Shown here in pieces: positions 58,754-64,000 of a DNA stretch of 64,000 nucleotides. Numbering within the stretch: position 1 is the stretch's first letter; each line of letters starts with the position of its first letter. The notes under the pieces are model-generated. The model searched no databases and had not been told where the DNA came from. It saw only the letters and a program-made list of their open reading frames with translations. Both the position numbers and the translations under genes were made by a program. The DNA comes from Methylococcaceae bacterium (GTDB taxonomy: Bacteria > Pseudomonadota > Gammaproteobacteria > Methylococcales > Methylomonadaceae): assembly GCA_014191975.1 (NCBI GenBank), contig BJHG01000001.1, forward strand, positions 1,224-65,223. The letters run 5' to 3'.

Positions 58754-60049
58754 CTAAATACGATTCTCTTTGATTTCGACGAATGCTTCATCGCGTAATT
58801 TCCGTAGCCACAATTCAGTTTCTTCTCCAATTTTTCGCTTACGGATTACATCCCGAACTTGGTTCTTTTTGAATTCAGCACTATTGTCACGATTTTCAAG
58901 GTCTAACACTTGAATGATGTGCCAGCCAAATTGGGTTTGAACGGGATCGCTGATTTCGTTGATTTTCAATTTCGTCATCGCTTCTTCAAACAGTTTGACC
59001 AATGCGCCCGATTCAACCCAATCTAACGAACCACCTTTAATTGCTGAACCTTTGTCATCCGAATTCGCCCGCGCCAATGCCGCAAAATCATCGCCGCTTG
59101 AAATACGCTCTTTCAATGCCCAAGCGCGTTTGCTCGCTTCGGTATCGTCTACGAGTTCGTTGGTTTTAATTAAAATATGACGCACTTTTGTTTTAACAAT
59201 CGTGTGAGCATCTGCCAATCCTTTGAGCTCCAACATTTTAATGATGTGGAAACCACTTGGACTGCGTAACGGTTCAGAAATATCACCTTGGCGTAGTTTC
59301 CCCACTTCGCCCACAAATAAAGTTGGCATATCTTTCAACGTTCGCCACCCTAAATCACCACCTTTAAGCGCGTTGCTGTCACTGGATTCACTCATTGCGA
59401 TTTGTGTGAAATCTTGTCCCGCGCGTAATTTCTTCACTAACTCATTGGCTTTTTCTTGGGCTTTTTGAATCGCCATTGACGAGGCACCTTCAGGTAACGC
59501 AATCAAAATATGCCCTAAATGGTATTGCACCAACTCTTCACCGACTTTGCCTTGTGTTTCTAAATAATGCTCAATTTCTCGGTCTGTGACTTTAATTCGC
59601 CCACCAATTTCACGTCCGCGCAATTCATTCACGACGATTTCATTTTTCAAATTTTCTAAAAACGCAGTGTAATCCATGCCTTGTTTTTCGAGTTCGTGAC
59701 GGAATTCTTCAGGCGACATATTATTTCGTTTCGCAATATCTCCCACCGATGAACTCAACATTTCATCGTTGATATTGATACCTGCTTTTTCGGCGAGTTG
59801 ACGCTGTAATCGATCAACAATCATCCGCTCCAAAACTTGATGGCGTAAAACCGAGAAAGGAGGCATTGGCGATTTGCTCGCGGCGATTCGCTGTTCAATA
59901 ATTGAAACTTCTTTTTGTAATTCGTTTTCTAAAATTACATCGTCTTCGACAATCGTGACAATATTATCAAGTACTTCGGCGGGTGCGAAAACCGGGAAAA
60001 GTAACGCGCCACAAAGTAACGCGATTTGCTGATTTTTCTTTTTGTTCAT
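58754..60049 (-). CDS. surA: Periplasmic chaperone / peptidyl-prolyl isomerase SurA
   Basis: Signal peptide, the SurA N-domain (IVTIVEDDVILENEL) and two parvulin domains (..GGDLGW.., ..GGSLDW..). It is downstream of lptD. Confidence 0.92.
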   Translation of the reverse strand: MNKKKNQQIALLCGALLFPVFAPAEVLDNIVTIVEDDVILENELQKEVSIIEQRIAASKSPMPPFSVLRHQVLERMIVDRLQRQLAEKAGININDEMLSSSVGDIAKRNNMSPEEFRHELEKQGMDYTAFLENLKNEIVVNELRGREIGGRIKVTDREIEHYLETQGKVGEELVQYHLGHILIALPEGASSMAIQKAQEKANELVKKLRAGQDFTQIAMSESSDSNALKGGDLGWRTLKDMPTLFVGEVGKLRQGDISEPLRSPSGFHIIKMLELKGLADAHTIVKTKVRHILIKTNELVDDTEASKRAWALKERISSGDDFAALARANSDDKGSAIKGGSLDWVESGALVKLFEEAMTKLKINEISDPVQTQFGWHIIQVLDLENRDNSAEFKKNQVRDVIRKRKIGEETELWLRKLRDEAFVEIKENRI

Positions 60050-62796
60050 TATTGCGCTGACCGATAACCGTAAATGTTTTGTTCTAAGAATGTATCTAAT
60101 TTTTCGCCCATGCCGGTTAAACCTTTGAGTTCAACTTGGAAAAATATGCCTGTTTGACTAATGCCTTGTGTGCCTGAATTTTCACCGTTGTAATACACAT
60201 TTAGATTGTTAATGTAACGTCGTCCAACAACACGGAATCGCCAGCAACAATTTTCTTTTTCAACACCTAAAAAACTTTCCTGTGTTGAATTATAAAGTAA
60301 CGAATATTGCCAACGCCCAATCGCCGACCAATTGTCGTAAATCCGATAATGAAACGACACGTCACTTTGTGAAATACCTGTTGAAATACTACTCGGTTGA
60401 TTGGAAATCGTATTTTTACGATAACGATAACCCACATTCAAAATTTCATCTGGCTGATTCGTCAAGTGTAAAATAGCTTTTCCTCGTGCAATATCAGATG
60501 TTTCTGGATTCCATTGCAAACCCGAATCAACCGCAACATGATCGTTAAAATGTGTGCTTAACTCCCCAATGATATTTGAAAAACGACTGGTTTCGATGGG
60601 GAAATCACCAATTTTATTACCCGTCGTAGGATCAATAATAGGCATTGTGACGGTTCTATCTTGAAAATATACAATATTTCCCAAACTGAATTTCGCCCAT
60701 TCTTTACCTGTTTGTTCATCAATTAAACGTGACGTAACAGCGGCTGTAATTTGATTTGCGTCTTGCATTCGATCAATACCGCTGAAACGATTTTCACGGA
60801 ATAAAGTGTTAAACCACATATCATAAACAGCGGTGTCAAATACCTGAATGTCATTTTGATTCGTACGTGGAATGTACAAATAATACAAACGTGGTTCTAA
60901 CGTATTTAAGAAATTTTTACCACCTAAATTCAAATTCCGCTCAAGCGTCATGCCGCTGTCAGTTGAAAAAATCGGTAACGTGCGACCAATTTGTCTTGAA
61001 TAGCTTGGCTCTAAGGGCTTACTTAAAAAATAATTCGTATATTGCAACGACAATTTAGGCGTGACGTAAGCACTTGCCGATTGCATCGGTAAACTAATCG
61101 ATGGTTTGATATTGCTACGTTGTCCATTTAATAAACTGGTATGTTGAAAATAAACAAATTCGTTGTCCATTGCGACATTCGCTGGCGCAGGTAATTGGTC
61201 GAATTCATGTGTTAAATTCACATTGATTTGCGGTAGTTTCCGATACGGCAATTTATCACCCGTTAAAAATTTATCAATCGATTGATAGTTTTCAACTCGC
61301 CCAACAGCACTAATTGCATCACCGTAATAACCAACACCTGCCTGACTTTTTAAATAACTGAAATTCGGCATGCTTAACGCGCTGCCCAATTCCGCAAAAT
61401 AATTTTTATCCGAAACGAAATTCAAATCGACGTTTGCTTGAATTTTATCCGTGAATTTCGTGGTGTCTTTGAACGAACCAAAATAACGTGATTTATCTTG
61501 TCGTAAATAATCATTTGGCAGCAATTCCAAATTCACTTGACCGTAAGAATTGTCCGTTAAATACCGTGATTCCCCCGCAAGCAAAATACCACGTTTCGTT
61601 AAATAACGCGGTCTAAAGGTCGCGTCGTAATTCGGTGCTATATTGAAATAATACGGCGTGCTGATGTTAAAACCTGCCCGTTGTGTACTACCAAACGACG
61701 GTGCAAGAAAACCAGAACTTCGGCGACTATCGGTTGGGAATGCCAAATAAGGTGAATAAAAAACGGGTGCGCCTTTGAATTCTAACCATGCATTTTGGGC
61801 GGAACCACGCCCGTCTTCTCTGTTTATTTCTAATTCAGACGCATGAATTACCCAATCTTGATTTCCCGTTGGGCAACTGGTGTAAGCCACATCTTGATAG
61901 CGTGAAATGGTTTTACTTTCGCGTTGAACCGCACCCGCATGACCACGCAATGGCGCACTTGGGGCAATGAAAAGCACGTCATGTAATTTGGCTTGGTCGT
62001 TTGCCAAATCAAACGAGGCGGTATCGGTATGTACTGACATATCGTCGTCGCTGTAATACACATCGCCTTGCGCTTCTAATTTTCCCGTAACACTGTCGTA
62101 ATTCGCGGCGTTGGAAGACATTTGTTGATCTGCACGATCAATACGAACATTACCAAAATAACTGCTGATTTCATTATCAAAAATTTCCGAATAATTCGAT
62201 TTCACGTTGATGGGTGAATGAACACGGTCATTTTTAGTTGAATTGGTTTGAACTTGTTTCGGCGCGTTCGGATTGGTGCAATGTTCCCACGGATCGACTT
62301 TCAACTGAGATTTTAAAACATCAAAAGTCTGTTCTTGCGCCCCATCAAACGCGGGCGACAAAATACGCAAACCACGCGAAGTAGAATTTTTTGTTAAAAC
62401 CATTTGAACGTCAGAACGGTTTTCGTTGTTTTCGGGTGAATTTATTTTTTGGGTTTGCTGACAATTCCATTCGCTACTTTTTACATCCGTGTCACATTGC
62501 CATTTCCCAGGAGTTGGGGCAGTTGAATTTTCTGTTTGAATAGAAACGGGACGCGGTTTTGTAACTTCTTTGACAAGGGATTTTTCAACTTCTTTGACAA
62601 GCGGTTTTTCAATTTCAACAACTGCTGGCTCTGAAAGTGGCATAGAAGAAGCCGTTTCGGCAGATTTTGTATCACCACTGCAAACCCATTCTTTACCGTC
62701 TTTACTTTGTTCACAATTCCACGCCGCAGAATTTGCGACAGACTCGCTAGCATAGGAGAAGGTCGATAATAAAAGTAAGAATAAACGTCGTTGCAT
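60049..62796 (-). CDS. lptD: LPS-assembly protein LptD
   Basis: 915 aa. It has the OstA N-domain, a large beta-barrel, the conserved ..CCWRFRVV.. and a C-terminal IFFQVELKGL. There is an N-terminal extension with W.C...W.C motifs. Confidence 0.92.
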   Translation of the reverse strand: MQRRLFLLLLSTFSYASESVANSAAWNCEQSKDGKEWVCSGDTKSAETASSMPLSEPAVVEIEKPLVKEVEKSLVKEVTKPRPVSIQTENSTAPTPGKWQCDTDVKSSEWNCQQTQKINSPENNENRSDVQMVLTKNSTSRGLRILSPAFDGAQEQTFDVLKSQLKVDPWEHCTNPNAPKQVQTNSTKNDRVHSPINVKSNYSEIFDNEISSYFGNVRIDRADQQMSSNAANYDSVTGKLEAQGDVYYSDDDMSVHTDTASFDLANDQAKLHDVLFIAPSAPLRGHAGAVQRESKTISRYQDVAYTSCPTGNQDWVIHASELEINREDGRGSAQNAWLEFKGAPVFYSPYLAFPTDSRRSSGFLAPSFGSTQRAGFNISTPYYFNIAPNYDATFRPRYLTKRGILLAGESRYLTDNSYGQVNLELLPNDYLRQDKSRYFGSFKDTTKFTDKIQANVDLNFVSDKNYFAELGSALSMPNFSYLKSQAGVGYYGDAISAVGRVENYQSIDKFLTGDKLPYRKLPQINVNLTHEFDQLPAPANVAMDNEFVYFQHTSLLNGQRSNIKPSISLPMQSASAYVTPKLSLQYTNYFLSKPLEPSYSRQIGRTLPIFSTDSGMTLERNLNLGGKNFLNTLEPRLYYLYIPRTNQNDIQVFDTAVYDMWFNTLFRENRFSGIDRMQDANQITAAVTSRLIDEQTGKEWAKFSLGNIVYFQDRTVTMPIIDPTTGNKIGDFPIETSRFSNIIGELSTHFNDHVAVDSGLQWNPETSDIARGKAILHLTNQPDEILNVGYRYRKNTISNQPSSISTGISQSDVSFHYRIYDNWSAIGRWQYSLLYNSTQESFLGVEKENCCWRFRVVGRRYINNLNVYYNGENSGTQGISQTGIFFQVELKGLTGMGEKLDTFLEQNIYGYRSAQ

Positions 62797-62923
62797 AAGG
62801 GTGATTTCAGTCTAAAAGTTCGAGTGATGATAGAATGCGGAAGTGCTTTTACCTTGTATTTTAACCTACTTTTACCACTGCATTCTAACTAAACCACATC
62901 ACCACATTTTTGGAGTTTAAAAC

Positions 62924-63895
62924 ATGACCAAACAAAAAGTTTTTATCACTCGACGCTGGACAGAATCCGTCGAAAGCATTGCGCGTGATTTATATGACGT
63001 AACATTGAATGAAACAGACCGACCTTTAACTGCGGATGAATTTAAATCTGTCTTACAAAATTACGATGCCGTTTGTCCAACTGTTTGTGATTCTTTTCCA
63101 GCGGCAGTTTTAAATGTTGAAAATAAACGCTGCAAAATTCTGGCAAATTTCGGGGTAGGTTATAACCACATCGACATCGACGCAGCAAAAGTGAATAAGT
63201 TAATCGTTACCAACACACCCGGTGTTTTAACGCAAAGCACCGCCGATATTGCCATGACGTTGTTACTTATGACCGCAAGACGTGGTGCGGAAGGTGATAG
63301 ATTGGTTCGCGCAAAAAAATGGGAAGGTTGGTGTCCGACCAGTATGCTCGGTTCAAATGTGACGGGCGCGACATTGGGGTTAATTGGATTTGGACGAATT
63401 GGACAAGCGATGGCGCGTAAAGCCCATCATGGTTTTGATATGAACATTATGTATTTCAATCCCAGTGACGTGGATGAATATGTGATTCAAGATTTAAACG
63501 CCAAACGCTGCAACTCGCTTGAAGAATTATTATCGCAAGCCGATTTTGTGTCACTGCATTGTCCAGCGGGTGCGAAAACGAAACATTTAATCAATGCCGA
63601 AACCGTGAAACTCATGAAATCCACCGCGCATTTAATCAACACCGCTCGCGGTGATGTGGTTGATAGCGAGGCGTTAATCGATGCACTGAAAAACAAACAA
63701 ATCGCCGGTGCGGGTTTAGATGTTTATGAAAATGAACCCGCCATTCACGACGGTTTTTTGGCTTTAGAAAATGTGACCTTATTACCCCATTTAGGCAGTG
63801 CAACGCTTGAAACGCGCACTGCAATGGGTGAAAAAGTGTTGGCAAATTTGGCAGCGTATTTTGCAGGCGAAACGTTACCAGATCAGATTTGTTGA
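62924..63895 (+). CDS. D-isomer-specific 2-hydroxyacid dehydrogenase (glyoxylate/hydroxypyruvate reductase-like)
   Basis: GLIGFGRIGQAMARK Rossmann motif and NTARGDVVDSEAL...DVYENEP...LPHLGSAT catalytic motifs. Confidence 0.85.
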   Translation: MTKQKVFITRRWTESVESIARDLYDVTLNETDRPLTADEFKSVLQNYDAVCPTVCDSFPAAVLNVENKRCKILANFGVGYNHIDIDAAKVNKLIVTNTPGVLTQSTADIAMTLLLMTARRGAEGDRLVRAKKWEGWCPTSMLGSNVTGATLGLIGFGRIGQAMARKAHHGFDMNIMYFNPSDVDEYVIQDLNAKRCNSLEELLSQADFVSLHCPAGAKTKHLINAETVKLMKSTAHLINTARGDVVDSEALIDALKNKQIAGAGLDVYENEPAIHDGFLALENVTLLPHLGSATLETRTAMGEKVLANLAAYFAGETLPDQIC

Positions 63896-63903
63896 GATAA
63901 AAA

Positions 63904-63936
63904 AGCCCCGACTGCATCATGCAATCGGGGCTTTTT
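63904..63936. terminator. Rho-independent terminator
   Basis: agccccgactgca-tca-tgcaatcggggct followed by ttttt, preceded by an A run. Confidence 0.8.
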
Positions 63937-64000
63937 AGATTATTCGTTAACATTACATAGCGGGATCATTACTGTTGACGGATCAGTTTTTATTGATTGA

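Noticed and set aside
62400-62796. LptD N-terminal extension with two W.C...W.C motifs and a short EKPLVKEVEKSLVKEV repeat
   Set aside because: Comparable Cys-containing N-terminal extensions occur in LptD of other gammaproteobacteria such as Pseudomonas. It is probably lineage-typical rather than novel.
63940-64000. Possible 3' end of a minus-strand gene (..VMIPLCNVNE*) at the window end
   Set aside because: Only about 20 codons are visible, with no recognisable motif. That is not enough to support a feature.

Overview
The window is a chromosomal segment from an AT-rich gammaproteobacterium. A lone tetrahydromethanopterin-pathway gene (beta-RFAP synthase) hints at a methylotroph, but that is inference only. 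The backbone is housekeeping: recN, pgk, rpoZ-spoT, dksA-gluQ, serA plus a serB-like gene, yebC-ruvCAB, ybgC-tolQRA, mtaB, bamE/fur, lolC-lolD, gatC, two tRNAs, mreBCD-mrdA-rodA, rnd, and surA-lptD. I saw no rRNA, CRISPR array, integrase or intact transposase. Several compact accessory insertions sit in this backbone.

1. **Defence island, about 8.7 kb (30803-39467).** It is wedged into a hupE-tonB-exbBD ... hupE-like/TonB-receptor metal-uptake locus. It holds a PLD-nuclease/SNF2-helicase gene and a large gamma-class N6-adenine methyltransferase/specificity gene, both disrupted. Behind them is an array of type II toxin-antitoxin cassettes, each preceded by a reiterated relic of the methyltransferase 3' tail, plus a 144-bp composite palindrome.
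2. **McrBC-like operon (54795-58173).** It has three genes: an Mrr_N-McrB GTPase, a frameshifted LlaJI/McrC-like nuclease, and an unknown third gene.
3. **PLD-like protein plus repeat protein (20840-21981).** The PLD-like protein has a degenerate HKD motif and is split from a 28-residue Trp-rich repeat protein.
4. **Metallophosphoesterase cassette.** It is bracketed by a 31-nt duplication of the TonB-receptor 3' end.
5. **Smaller items.** An internally deleted IS200/IS605 tnpA relic, and a DUF4160/DUF2442 pair inserted between ruvB and ybgC.

All five single-nucleotide frameshifts I could reconstruct lie in A/T homopolymers inside accessory genes. None of the housekeeping ORFs is visibly broken. 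This is either homopolymer sequencing error or genuine decay or switching of defence and toxin genes. All calls rest on reading the translations and sequence by eye; no database search was run.
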